Below are positions 50,332-63,688 of a stretch of DNA of 64,000 nucleotides, one piece after another. Source of the stretch: Takakia lepidozioides (taxonomy: Eukaryota > Plantae > Bryophyta); assembly GCA_030704615.1 (NCBI GenBank), contig CM060732.1, positions 52,204,001-52,268,000 on the forward strand, given 5' to 3'. Below the pieces are notes generated by a model. It was not told where the DNA came from and did no database searches. It worked only from the letters and a program-made list of their open reading frames with translations. The position numbers and the translations under genes are program-made. Each line of letters begins with the position of its first letter. Position 1 is the stretch's first letter.

Positions 50332-53190
50332 TCACCAGTAATCCCCACAAGAGCAAAGCCCATCTTGGAAGTGATGAAAGCGATTGGCATCCCGTACAAC
50401 GATCGCTCGCCCAACAATCTTTGAGATGAACTTGGTGGCCATGTGGCAGTCACCACACACCCGAAGGTTTTTGATGATGCGGACAGTCATGCCAGGGGGT
50501 GTGCTGATGAGCCCAAAAGCAATGGCCAGCTTCTCACTGTGGTGGCAAAGAGAAGATTCCTTTTGCTCCTTCTCCACATCATGCAATACGAAGCATGTGT
50601 CAGGGAGGTACCCAGCCTCCTTCATTTGCCCACATAATCTCTTCAACTCAGCATGGATTTCCTCAACCCGTGGGTGCAGTTTCTCCTCTACAACAAATGT
50701 ATGCACATGGTTGTCCACCTCAATGCAGCTGTACCCTGGCTCCTTCACGACACCTCTGTCCTCCATCATTTTTCTCACCTTAGATGAATCATCCCACCTG
50801 CCAGCTGCAGCATAGATGTTCGATAGCAGCACATAGGTCGCAGCATTGAGTGGATCCCACTTCAGAAGACATGTTGCTGCACGTTCTGCTAGCTCCACAT
50901 CAGCATATATTCTGCAGGCACCAAGCAGGGCACCCCACACTGCAGCACCTGGTTCAGTTGGCATTTTGTTAATTAAGTCCTCTGCCTCATCCAAACGTCC
51001 TGCACGGCCAAAAAGATCCACCATGCAGCCAAAATGCCCTGCTGTAGGAATGAGGCCATGATCTTGACTCATGGAATTAAAGTAGTGAAGGCCTTCATCC
51101 ACTAGACCCACATGGCTACATGCAGAGAGAATACAAATAAAGGTGATACCGTTAGGCTTCAGGCCTTCCTGTTGCATTTGGTCAAATAGTTGCAGAGCCA
51201 GCCTACCACAGCCATGCTGGGCATATCCTGCAATCATTGTACTCCATGAGACCACATCTTGTTCAGCCATGCTGTTGAAAATTTGACATGCATCTTTTAC
51301 ATTTCCGCATTTGGCATACATGTTGACAAGCGTATTTTGCAGAATGACATCTGGCACAACTCCAGCTTTGATCATATCCGCATGGACCTCTTGCCCCTTT
51401 TCCAGGGCTCCTAGGCTGGCACATGCATTTAGAGCGCTGTTGTATGTCATGTTGTCAGGTGTCACCCCTTCCTGTGTCATTTGCTCATACATCTTGAAAG
51501 CTTCCCAACCACATCCTTGCTGGGCATATCCTCCAATCATGGCATTCCATGAGACCACATTTCGGTGAGCCATGTAGTTGAACACTTGACGCGCATCCTT
51601 TATGCTCCCACACTTACTGTACATGTCGACAAGGGCAGTGTCCACAATGATATCCGAAGCAATTCCAGCTTTGACAATATCAGTGTGGACCCCTTTGCCC
51701 TTTTCCAGGGCTGCCAGGCTGGCACATGCATTTAGAACGCAAATGAATGTCACCTTGTCAGGCGTCACCCCTTCCCCTAACATTTGGTCATACACCTCAA
51801 AAGCCTCCATTCCACAGCCATGCTGGGCATATCCTGCTATCATTGTGCTCCATGAGACCACATCATGTTCAGCCATATTATAGAACACTCGACATGCATT
51901 TTCCATGTTCCCACATTTGGCATACATGTTGACAAGGGCAGTTTCAAGGATGATATCAGTTGCAATTCCAGATTTGATGATCTGAGCATGGACCTCCCTG
52001 CCTTTTTCCAGGGCTGCCAGGCTTGCACACACATTAAGAACGCACATGAATGTGACATTGTCAGGCATCACCCCCTCATGAATCATTCGCTCATAGGTCG
52101 TGAAAGCATCCCTACCACACCCATGCTGAGCAAATCCTGTGATCATGGCGTTCCATGAGACCACATTTCGTTGAGCCATGTTGTTAAACACTTGAGCCGC
52201 ATTCATTATGCTCCCACATTTGGCATACATATCAACAAGGGCGGTGTCCAGAATGATATTTGGTGCAATTCCAGCTTTGATGACGTCAGCATGGACCTCT
52301 TTGCCCCTCTCCAGGGTAGACAGGCCAGCACATCCGGTGAGAATGCAAATGAACGTGACCATGTTTGGCGTCACCCCTTCACGTCTCATTTGTTCATACA
52401 TCTGGAAAGCCTCCATACCACACCCATTTTGAGTATATCCTGCAATCATTGCATTCCATGAGACCACATTTCGTTCAGCCATGCTGTCAAACTCTTTACG
52501 TGCATCCCTCACACTTCCACATTTGGCATACATGTTCACAAGGGTGTTCTCCAGAATGATATCTGGTGCGGTTTCAGCTTTGATGATGTCAGCATGGACC
52601 TCTTTGCCCTTGTCCAGGGCTGCCAGGCTGGCACATGCATTTAGAACACAAGTGAACGTTACATTGTCAGGCCTCACCCCTTCCCGTCTCATTCGCTGAT
52701 AGACCTGGAACGCTTCCCTAGCACACCCATGCTTGGCATATCCTGCAATCAATATATTCCAAGTAAACGAAGTTCGTTCAGGCATTTCATCAAACACTAG
52801 GCGTGCATCCACTACACTCCCACACTTGGCATACATGTTGACAAGAGTGTTGAGTAGAAAGATGTTTGGCTTGAATCCACTTTGGATAATGTGGGCGTGC
52901 ACCTGCTTTCCCTCTGCTAGACCTTTCCTCTTGATGCACTCCTGCAACAGACAGAGTAAAGTATCGGTGTCTGCTGAAATGCCTCCTTGGTTCAAAATGT
53001 TCAGTGCCTCTTTCAGTTGTCCTGCCTTACAGAGTGCCTTCACATTCCCACAAGCCCATGAAGAACCCTTGTGGGCTAACTCTCTTGCTCCTCTTTCAAA
53101 AGAAGTGGTCGTGGTGGAGGTGCCATATTCAAGCAACTGTGCCTCATTCAACCCTGCCATCCTGCATGGCTCAAAACTCTTAGTCATCAT
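50332..53190 (-). CDS. PLS-class PPR protein with E1/E2 and DYW deaminase domain (organellar C-to-U RNA editing factor), single exon
   Basis: About 20 PPR motifs in P-L-S triplets. PG box KEPGYSCIEV, HSEKLA, CGDCH, ends CSCGDYW*. First ATG at 53190. Confidence 0.97.
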   Translation of the reverse strand: MMTKSFEPCRMAGLNEAQLLEYGTSTTTTSFERGARELAHKGSSWACGNVKALCKAGQLKEALNILNQGGISADTDTLLCLLQECIKRKGLAEGKQVHAHIIQSGFKPNIFLLNTLVNMYAKCGSVVDARLVFDEMPERTSFTWNILIAGYAKHGCAREAFQVYQRMRREGVRPDNVTFTCVLNACASLAALDKGKEVHADIIKAETAPDIILENTLVNMYAKCGSVRDARKEFDSMAERNVVSWNAMIAGYTQNGCGMEAFQMYEQMRREGVTPNMVTFICILTGCAGLSTLERGKEVHADVIKAGIAPNIILDTALVDMYAKCGSIMNAAQVFNNMAQRNVVSWNAMITGFAQHGCGRDAFTTYERMIHEGVMPDNVTFMCVLNVCASLAALEKGREVHAQIIKSGIATDIILETALVNMYAKCGNMENACRVFYNMAEHDVVSWSTMIAGYAQHGCGMEAFEVYDQMLGEGVTPDKVTFICVLNACASLAALEKGKGVHTDIVKAGIASDIIVDTALVDMYSKCGSIKDARQVFNYMAHRNVVSWNAMIGGYAQQGCGWEAFKMYEQMTQEGVTPDNMTYNSALNACASLGALEKGQEVHADMIKAGVVPDVILQNTLVNMYAKCGNVKDACQIFNSMAEQDVVSWSTMIAGYAQHGCGRLALQLFDQMQQEGLKPNGITFICILSACSHVGLVDEGLHYFNSMSQDHGLIPTAGHFGCMVDLFGRAGRLDEAEDLINKMPTEPGAAVWGALLGACRIYADVELAERAATCLLKWDPLNAATYVLLSNIYAAAGRWDDSSKVRKMMEDRGVVKEPGYSCIEVDNHVHTFVVEEKLHPRVEEIHAELKRLCGQMKEAGYLPDTCFVLHDVEKEQKESSLCHHSEKLAIAFGLISTPPGMTVRIIKNLRVCGDCHMATKFISKIVGRAIVVRDANRFHHFQDGLCSCGDYW

Positions 53191-55937
53191 ACTCAACAGT
53201 CCAACTCACAATCTCTCCAAGCTCTATACCCACCGTGTTAGATAACTACACCTGTCCTCACATTGATAGCAACCTCTGATTTTGACGACCAGAAGGTTCG
53301 CTCAAAGATAGTGACAGAGCTTTTTACTAACAAGCAGCAGTACAAAGACTTGAAAATGAATGATACAGGAGAACCGACCAGTACTTACAAGATGAAAAAA
53401 CCTTTCAAGCCTGAGTGCTCCTTGCTCCCTACTCAGAAATGAGTCTAAGAGAGTGTACTGACTGTTCATGACTTCTCTTCCTCAAATCAGCAATCTACCA
53501 GGATAGCAAAGCAGCCCATGTGCTAGAAATGCTGGGTTTTGTCTCAGTATCTCTCTGAAAGGGGGCGCCCCTTTTGGTGGCTCTGAGAAGGAGCCATTTC
53601 TAGCTGCCTAAAACCAAACACTGCCCTAACTAACTGTCCTAATGGTTAACCTAATCTGAGCTGACTTCCAACACGCTAAAGACATCTTCTTCATTCATGC
53701 ATATTAACGAAGACATTACCTTTCACACTCTGGCCATTAGGGTGCAAGCAAGCAAGAAATACACCAACTTAGATCCAGCTAATATCATGTCTACAAAAGG
53801 AGGCGAATAACTTTCTCCTCATTCAAAAACCGAAGAGCGCCCTCCTTGGGATATGTGATGGGTGGTCCAGTCTCCCTCATGAAAATCAGAATGAGTGTAG
53901 TAAGAGAGCACCGCATGCAACTAACAGAGAAAGATCAGAAGTCCTTGAGGTCTGCATCTGTGAAAGAGGACCGACTGTCATACTGGAAGTGCCCCGAAAT
54001 GAATCCCCCTCCACCAGGCCCTGCCGCAGACTTCTGCATAGCTGCTTCCAGCTTCTCCACTTGACCATACCCAAACAGGTTTCTTGTACCTGTCAGACCA
54101 CAGTGCCTTGTTTGTAGTCTTCTGCTTGAAATAAGGTCCTCTTGGATTAATCTGCAGCGATTCCAACTTGAATCCTTCAGCTATCTCTGAGAAATGCATA
54201 AGCCCTCCCCTAACTGTAGATGACAATGACACCTTAATGTATAGAGACAAAACCCCAAACCCAGCTACCAGACACTAGTTCCTACCGCTTTGGTGGCAAG
54301 AATTTGTGTGAGGGAAGGAGAGAACAGGTCCTTGCAAGCGTTGGTTAGCCATACCTGTGCAAGACTAATCCCTACTGGTGGCTAACCCTCCCAAGGCTGG
54401 TCTTGGGGTTTCAGCCCAAGGATATGTACAGGGATATGCCCAAAACTGTGATACTCTAGCACAGTTGATGATACAATCGGAATGCAGGAAATTGGGTGTT
54501 GATTTAAGGGCTCACATATGCATCGTGTGGAAAGTACTGCACCTTCATAGGTCGTTGTATAGATGCGCCTGAGCTATCCTGGCTCCACAACGAATGGCAG
54601 AAGGGGAAGTATAGAGAGAGAGAGAGCCAATGGGTGCCATTGTTCACTTATAAGATCATCTCAACACAGCTTGTTATTTGCTTCTGCTGTAGCATACCAG
54701 GCATTCACCATTTTGCCTCGATTGTCCCACCATTGACTGGTGGTTCCAAACCTTCTCGACATTTGAAATTGTCCTTCCAGATATTTGCCTGCAACCCCAG
54801 TAAGCAGTAGCATCATGTCAACGACACTCGGATCCCCCAAACTACCGAACTTACAAAGCCCATACAGAGACAAAAGGGTGCAGACAATTCAATTCCATGC
54901 GTAAACCAGACCTGTGTCTCCGAAAAATAGAACTTGGGACAAATTACTAGCACCGCTACGGGTGTAAGTCTACCGAGTAAGAGTTATACTTCCTTGGTAG
55001 ACAGAGTAATAAGAGAAGCTGCTCCATCCCTTGATTCTTTACAAAGATATAACTCTCTAAAACCTTTTGCGGATAATACGAAGTTCACAGGGCCTGCCCA
55101 CAGTGTTGAATAGGGAGCTTGACAGTGTCTCATGACTGGAAACCGCACCAACAACTGCCATCAGATACAGCAAGAATCATACCACAGGAATCATATCACA
55201 GGTTGGACTTAAACCCTGGCACCATCATACACATTTCCTTTACCCAGAGGCGGAATTTGTTAAACTAGACCAGAAAAGGGCACGGGAAGCAAGAGAGAGC
55301 AGACCGATGCAGTCCAATGTAGAATGGGTGTTGTTTGAGGCTCTCTTCAATCTTATGAAGGCTACTATCGCCACATTCTTGTCGTCAGTTGAAGGGCCAC
55401 GAAACAATGCTCCATGTTGTCACCCTCCTCCACTCTGAATTCCAGGGTGATTTCACACCCCCGCTCACTCCGGTGCTCATCTCAATATACAGAGAATAGA
55501 GAATATAGGAAAATTGGGCAGCTTAATTAAATGAATACCATTTAGTTGGGACAAACGGGCCAATCCCAACCGTTCATCCGTCAGTTTTCGGTATTCAAAT
55601 CCGCTATTTGAATGTGGGGTGTTTTTCCTCCTCTGCCATATCACTGTTTCTTGGTGGAGTAGCCAGAAATTGGACCGATGGCGGAGCTCCGCGGTTTGCG
55701 GAAGTAGACCCAAACGGTCTCTTCGTCTCTCTCGTTACCTTTCCCTCGTACATACAGTCCTGGTCCTGGTCGAGTCATCTTCATAACAGATTCCAAATGT
55801 ACTATCTATAACCTCTCCATTAACAGGGCGAATAACCTTTTTAAACTCTAGTTTTCGACGTATCTACACATAGATGGATTCTCTCTCCACTCATATGGTC
55901 CTAAGACCATCTCTCTCTTTGCTTCAGATCTAAGGTG

Positions 55938-56290
55938 GCTCTGATACCATATAGTAAATAACAAAGAGAATTTTTATTAGACAGTGGAGCTCTCCTCCCA
56001 ACCATAGAAGCCTTATGATCAAGAACAAGATGATCGACTTCTCCCCCGAGCTCAGAGTTTACACAGTGCAAGAGGTTCACCTCTTGAGATCTCAAACACA
56101 CCTGTTTAGATCTATCTGTTCAAATCTAGAACCAAGAGTCTTAACTGTTCAGACCTCCTAGATGCTACTAACTAATAGTAACACCTAATCTGAGTATAGA
56201 CTAACTACTTCTTCTACAGTAGAGGGAGAAAGAGACAGCTACGAGGACAGTCTCGTAGTTAAATGGCTGACAGGACAAGAACGCATAACA
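55938..56290 (-). mobile_element. LTR remnant with tRNA-iMet primer-binding site
   Basis: gctctgatacca (55938-55949) reads TGGTATCAGAGC on the minus strand. The adjacent ~340 bp begins TGTTAT at 56290. LTR limits are inferred. Confidence 0.6.
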
Positions 56291-59200
56291 AATTTCATCT
56301 GCCAATGGCTACAATGCAGTCAGGAGAACCATGATTCAGTATCTAGAGGAGTTTCACAGAAGACAAGCTCCACATGCCTGTACTGTGCAACTTCATAGGT
56401 GTAGATGATGTGTGCTAATGTGCAAGTCACTGTTGTTTTGTGGTGTAGCTTCCAACTCTTTCCTCTTCCAACTCCACTCGCAACAGTTCCAATCTATTCC
56501 TCACAAAGGAATCCGCACAATGAGATTGACGTGATTGAGAACTGCCTCGAGCATTTAGGATCGAACGTTACAAATGTCTATCAATTGCCTTTGGAAATAT
56601 CTTTCAAATGCAACCAACCCTCTCTCTATTTACAATTCCACCAAGTCTTGAAACCCGTTTGATCTTGATGCTTTGGAGGAGAGCTCAAGTCTTGGTTACG
56701 AAGACCATAGATGCTTAACCCGTCATGACACCTTCCATCTCTTAGGCAGATTAGACCTAGTTTTACTAGAACTTCGCTAGATTATTTACACATTATTATT
56801 GTTCCATAAATAATTTGAGCTTCGTTTTGAGATTATAAGAGTTTTTCTCTTTCATTCTAAAGCACCATTCCATTCCATTCCATTCTATCTTCTCTCTCCC
56901 CTCCCACACAGAAAGTGACGTGCGGTGTAATCTACAAACATGCATCCGAAAATTCAAACTGGGAAGATAAGGAGTTTGTTTATAAATCCCTGTAGCCGAG
57001 TCAAGTTACAGTGAAACAGCTACTTACTTGGCAAGAGCAGCATTCAAATCTCTGGACTCTTTTTTTTGTAATTGAATGCATCATCGTATCCAAATTGTCA
57101 CTTGAGCAACTCGACGGAGCTTTCCAGTATATACCTGCCGACACAGGGTCAGTTCTTGGCCACCATGATCATAGTTAATGTCACAATTCATGAGCCTCGA
57201 TAGAACCAGCAACCCACTATAAAACAGCCAGGAGACATACTTCAGTTCAGCTATCTCATCCTTACAGAACTTGCTGTCACCATGCTCTTCATATCTCAGC
57301 TGCATCATGAAATAAAATGAAATGGTACTTTATAACGTCCGCGGAAAGCTCATAGAGCTTATGCGACAAAATGGAGAACAAGATACATGAGAGAGGAACA
57401 AAACCAGAGCCAAAAATAAAACTATTGCTCGAGGGATTGTCTAAGGGCGAAGCCTCGTGCAGGTAAGCTGCCAAGCATTTCTGATCCTCATAGTGGAAGA
57501 CTTGAGTGAGAGATATATTCCACGGCATAGACAGTGGAATCTCCCACGGATCTCGTAATATAGAGGGCAATAGAAGAAGAATTGTTTAGGGTTGAAACTT
57601 TATTCATTGCGAAGACAGTCAGTGTCAAGATCACTGAGGTAAAAGGACAGATGTTTGACAGAGGGGGTTGATTGCATGTGACAGATACTTTAAAAATGTT
57701 GGAGGCGAAATGCTAGAGGCTGTTCTCAATGATGTCATTAATCTCTTTGCACCAATTCATGTGTGTGATTGCATGGTTTCTCAATACAACCTGGTGAGTC
57801 CTTTTCTCTCGAGGGTGGGGACGTCTCTTGATGTACAAACTGAAGGGAGATTAGAACTGTTGTGCTCATTTGCATCTGGAAGAGTTAGAAAGTACTCCAA
57901 AACAACAGTGACTACATTTAGCACACATATCATCCGTGCACAGTAGTCATCTGGAGCTTGTCGGACTCTGTGAAAGTCTTCTACTGAATCATGGTTCTCC
58001 TCACTGCATTGTATTCATTGGCACATGCAATCGTTGTTTGTCTGGGTCATTTCAGGTACATACGTCTTTGAAGTGCACCTTCCCTCAATATTTGTATTTG
58101 CCAGCCTTATCTTGTCCATGAAAAAGGTAGAACCAGAGGCTTTTGGTATGCTTCCTATCTTAGATCCTTCCAACTAAGTCTTCATTTGCTTCAAGAGTTT
58201 TTGTGAGTTCCATAGTGTGCGCAATCTGATGAATCTGGTTACCAAGTCTGTCAGGATGGAGGAATTTGGAGTGAGCAGATAGATACATTGAGGATAAATG
58301 CTTATTTGATATACAGGAAGTGTCTGAGTACCTCAAAGAAAGGGAAAACAAAGCACATGTGACAGAAGGCATGGAGAACCTGCTGTCAGCTTTTGTGGGT
58401 TTGTTTAAGGGTGAAAATGTTGGCAAAGTATGTTGTTCATGTGGGAAATCCATAAGCAGTTGACAGTTAGAAACAGATCTTACATTGATGTCTAAGTTAC
58501 TGGTTTGATGTCCCAGTGAACAGGAGTGCAAAGAATTTGAGTACGATTGAGAACTTGAACAAGAATGACTGTTGCTCAGAGGATACCAGAATGTATAAGG
58601 TGACCTTCCAACTTTACCTTCCAACAGAAACTGAGAAAAGCAGGTCAGAGAGGAAATTTCCAAGTGCAAATCCATGATTATATATCAACTCAGTACACCC
58701 CGCAGAGTGTTTGATTTGTCATAGAAGGGTCACAATTTTACACTCACCTGCTGCAATTCTTGTCCTGTCAGCTAATGGGGCAACAGGCCTGTGAATGTGA
58801 TGAAATGACTTCAACTTTTCTCTCTACTCATAGCTCTCTAGCGGGGACCTCTCTAGCGGGTCCCCCTCTCTCTACTACAAATGGAAGTCCCTCAAAGACA
58901 TGTTTCATTGACCTTACAGTACCCCACACAAGTTCTGAGAACAAGAGTGCATACTACCGACTTTTTGAAGTGATTATGTTTTCTTCACACTGCTCTGAAC
59001 CACTGAAGTACTTTATCATCAATTCTCTCACCACCCGACCGTCATTGTAAATGTTTTGTCAACATGATATTCTTCCCACTGGAAAACTGATAGCTGATCT
59101 GAAAGGACTGTATAGGGGAAGGATGAGGTATATCATATACGAATTTAAAACAATTAGTATGTGACGGCGAAGGTGCAAGTGAACGAGAAATGTGACAATA

Positions 59201-59449
59201 TGGCAAGATAAGAAATCCTTCTGCCCTTCCAATGATAGGCAGTTTCAATGTTCTACTAATTACTACTCTGAACATCGATCCAGCGACCAGTCAATTTCAG
59301 GGTTGTGGGATAGCAATTGTTGTCACTTCCCACTGCCTTCTCCTGCAACAAGCCATCACCTCAAAACAGTTTTTTGAGCTCAGCAAACGCCCACATTGTG
59401 CTCATTCACGAGCCCCACTGAAGGCTACGGGAATTGCGTTCGTAGCTCC

Positions 59450-59952
59450 ACATTCAAGCACCACTGAACATCCTTTATGGCAAGTTGACTTCCAAAACGA
59501 TTCTTGAGATCAGCCATGATAAACTTGGACATCTCTAGCAAAAAGTCTGTTATCACAATCCTCGCTGTCAAGCCATTGGGCAGAGCTTCTGCCGACAGAG
59601 GTCCATTCTGGGAGCTTGCTAGATGAAGCTTAAACTTCGTGACCAGCTTGCCGATTTTCACATCCGGCGCAGGAACTTGCTTCCAATTGGAAAGTGCCTT
59701 CCTGTAATTGACCAAAGCAGGCCACACCCAACTCTCAAGATTCAATTCGTTCTTGAAGTCCTCAGAATAATACAGTGAAGTCTGGGTCTTGCAATAAGGC
59801 TTCCCACCACCGCTTGCATGATCAGGCCACTCATAGAATGTGAAGACTTTGGCAGGGTCGCCTTTGTGGGCGTAAGCAAACCCTGAGAAAGTGGTCCCAA
59901 AATCTAGCCCCACGGCCACCCTTGCATCGGAAACACCCTTTGCAACCTCCAT
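59450..59952 (-). pseudogene. HSPA12-like atypical Hsp70 (actin-like ATPase) N-terminal fragment, truncated
   Basis: VAVGLDFGTTFSGFAYA...WP....KPYCKTQTSLYY...FKLHL...ITDFL...DVQWCLNV. Similarity ends where TVPAIW is expected. Confidence 0.8.
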
Positions 59953-61479
59953 TAGATTCCTATCACTACTGCGCCAGAGCACTAAGAGGGTATGCGATGT
60001 CTGCGTCAGGTGCAGGTACAATTTGCGGTCCTGTAACCTTCATCTCTCGCAACGAGTTAGATCATCGCCTATCGACATTACTGCAGCGAAGCGGAAGAGA
60101 AAATATCATTGATCTCGACATTCTGTTTCACTATTCTCACTATGCAATTTGCTAACGTGCTTTGGTATCGTCCAGAATCACGAGCGATGCGCCAGCTCCA
60201 CATTCCATCTCATCTGGAATCCGCTCCCTCGAGACCTCCAATCTCCTCTACTATCGTTTGCGCTGGCACTAGAATGTGCAGGGTTAGGATAACTCCCGCT
60301 CTAAATGATGCCTGGAAGCTAGACCATGAATGTAAGTACTCCCCTCTGCACGCATTGTCTGCAAGCTTTCATACCATGTCCACAACTCCAGTCGCCAATT
60401 CCATCGAAAATGCACCAAGACCTTCATCCCACTACGCTGTCTGCGATACGTAATTGAATGTGGTCCCACCAGCCTCGCACCTCCGTCTCTGCCACTTCGC
60501 AAAATTCAGGCCTGAAGCCGCCTCCTGTGACACAACATTGATTACGTGCCGGCAGCAGTGTCTTCAAGCCGTTATCCCGCTACTGACACTTGCCGCCGAC
60601 AACAATGATGAGATGTGGGAGAGGACTCGGGAGAGAGAAGAACATTGAGGATAAAAGTTTGTTTAACGTCCAGTGAATTTACTGAGCCTACTGCTCAACA
60701 CACACAGCCCATGGAGGGGCCAACGGACGGTTTGAAGGCACATGCTGACGGATTGAACCCAGGATCACCCACGTTATGCACAGGCAAGGCAACCACTGGG
60801 CTACCTGCTCAGGTGTTCCATGAGGAAAATTTAAGCAACATGGAAACATCCCTTTCCTCCCAAAAAACAAAAAAGAGAAAAACATAGTTCGGGCTGAGAT
60901 ATAGAATCTCAATTGATGCGCCGAATCTCAGATTGAACACCCAATTTCGCGCCTTGCCTCCTGACCCGGCCCGCCCGGACCGGCCACCCCGATCGCAGTC
61001 CATTGACGATGCTGCTAGTCCGTGCCCAAGCTAGTCCTCCGGACCTGGGTTTTTGCTTTTAATTATTATCATTTTATTTTTTTATTTTTTAATGAAAAAG
61101 GGGATTGTAGCCCTTTATAATTCTAGCGACGACTGAAGGTTGGGAGCTAGTTTAGCGTAGAGCAGGAATAGGGTGCCATAGTGCCAAGTTTTCGTCACCA
61201 CATCATGGTCAACACGTCATCATCGCCACGTTTCATAGACACATCATCGTAGCCATGTCATCGTCGTCAAATTTTTTTATAGCTGCCCATACTGCCCGCC
61301 CGAAAGACCCCAAAGCGCCAAGTTTTTTCGGAGCATGCCCGGATTGCCCAGTTCTTGAACTGCAGGAGCTCTGAGTTTTCCGCCATCGTTCACCTTGCAA
61401 GCTGCAAGCTCTCAACAGTCTCGCTGCTCAATGCAAACCGTGGCAAAAACAGATAACAGAGATGAGGATTTAAGCATGG

Positions 61480-63688
61480 GTGTGGTACGAATGCTTTGGA
61501 GACCTATGAGCAAGTGATGCGCGAAGGGGTGAAGCCCAACCGCATCACGTTCATTTATGCGTGTGCAAGCCTTGGAGCCCTGGAAAAGGGGAAAGAGGTC
61601 CATAATGACATCGACAAAGCTGGAATTGCACCAAATGTCATTCTAAACACTGCCATGGTGGACATGTATGCCAAATGTGGGTGTATTAAGGATGCAAAGG
61701 CAGTTTTCAACAATATTGCTGAACGAGATGTGGTGTCGTGGGGTGTGATGCTTGCAGGATATGCACAGCAAGGGGAGGCTGTGGAGACCTATGAGCAAAT
61801 GATGGAAGGGGTGAAGCCCAACCACATCACGTTTGTGTGCGTTTGCAATGCGTGTGCAAGCCCGGCAACCCTGGAAAAGGGCAAAGAGGCCCATGGCGAC
61901 ATTGTCAAAGATGGAATTGTACCTGATGTCATTCTGAACAATGCCTTCGTGGACATGTATGCCAAATGTAGGAGCATTGAGGATGCAAACGCAGTGTTCA
62001 ATAATATGGCTGAATGAAATGTGGTGTCTTGGAACGCAATGGCTGGCATGGTGGACCTTCTTGGTCGTGCAAGGCGATTAGATGGGGCAGAGGAATTTAT
62101 AGTAGCAAAATGTCAATCCAACCAGATCCTAGGGTATGGAGGGCCTTGTTTGGTGCCTGCAAACTTCATGGAGATGTGGAGGTAGCAGAACATGTGGCGA
62201 AAAGCATTGTTAGCAGGCAACAGCTTGTGTGATTACTATGCTGAGCCTTACTGGAGGGATGAACCAAAATGATGTAAGGACAGATGTCAGAAACTTGTGA
62301 GGGAGCAGCTGCATTGAGGTTGTAATATGGTTTGTACATTTGGTATGGTAACGTTTCTATGCGTTTGCAGTGCGTGTGCAATCCTGGCAAAATGACAAAG
62401 AGGTGCATGGTTGCATCGCCAAAGCTGGAATTGTACCAAATGTGATTCTGAACAATACCCTCATGGACATGTATGCCAAATGTGGGAGCAATGAGGATGC
62501 GGAGGGAGTGTTCAACAGTATGGCTGACCGAGATTTGGTATCATGGAATGCCATGCTTGCAGGATATGCACAACAAGGGCGCAGGATGGAGGCCTTGGAG
62601 ACCTATGAGCAAATGATGGGGGAAGGGGTGAAGTGCAACCACATCACGTTTGTGTGCGTTTGCAATGTTTGTGCAACCCTAGCAGCCTTGGAAAAAGGCA
62701 AAGGGTGCATGGTGACATCATCAAAGCTGGACTTGTACCAAATGTCATTCTGGACACCGCCCTGGTGGACATGTATGCGAAATGTGGGTGCATTGAGGAT
62801 GCAAAGGGAGTATTTGACAATGTGGCTGAATGAAATATGGTGTCATGGAATCCGATGATCGCAGGATATGCCCAGCATGGTTGTAATATGGAGGTCCTGC
62901 AACTATTTGAAAGAATGCAAAAGAACGGCTTGAAGCCGGACAATATCACTTTATATGTGTTCTCTCTGCATGTAGCCACACTGGCCTACTGAATGAAGAA
63001 AGACGCTACTTCGATTCCCTGAGTCAAGATCATGGTGACACCCCAACAGTATAGCACTTTGGCTGCATGGTGGACCTTCTGGATGTGCGGGACAACTACA
63101 TGAGGCAGTGGACCTTATTAATAAAATGCCAATCAATCCAGATGTTGTGGTGTGCTTGGTGCCTGCAGAATCCATGGCAATGTGGAGATGGCTGAATGTG
63201 TGGCAACATCTATCCTCAAGTGAGATGAGCAGGATGCCGTGACTTATGTGTTGCTATATCAAATATCTATGCTGCAGCTGGCAGGTGGGATGATACTGCA
63301 AAGGTGAGAAGAATGATGAAGGTCAGAGGGGTTAGAAAGGAGCCAGATGACAAAGGAGCCAGATGACAAGTTGCATCCCAGAATTAAGGAAATCCATGCT
63401 GAGTTAAGAAGATTGTCTGGGCAGATGAAGGAGGCGGGGTATGTGCCTGACACACACTTTTTCTTGCATGATGTGGAGGAAAGGAATTTTCTCTTTGCCA
63501 CCACAGTGAGAAGCTGACCATTGGTTTTGGGCTGATTAGCACGACTCATCAAGAATCTTTGAGTGTGTGGAGACTGCCACACCTCCACCAAATTCATCTC
63601 AAAGATTGTTGGCCGAGCAATTGTTGTATGGGACGCTAACTATTTTCCACCACTTTGAAGATGGTGTTCTTGTGGTGATTACTGGTGA
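61480..63688 (+). pseudogene. PPR-DYW pseudogene, paralog of 50332-53190 in opposite orientation
   Basis: Same repeat style (DMYAKCG, VVSW, ALEKGKEVH) with many stops and frameshifts. Degenerate HHSEKL, LxVCGDCH and terminal CGDYW* (TGA 63686-63688). Confidence 0.92.

Noticed and set aside
50384-53245. Many plus-strand ORFs with repeated MLPHLAY motifs
   Set aside because: Antisense shadows of the PPR repeats.
56866-56885. (CATTC)4 satellite-like repeat
   Set aside because: Short ordinary microsatellite.
57600-59420. Retrotransposon RNase H/integrase remnants
   Set aside because: Only faint motif echoes (e.g. KHVFEGLPFVV, QYTPQS), too degenerate to annotate without a profile search.
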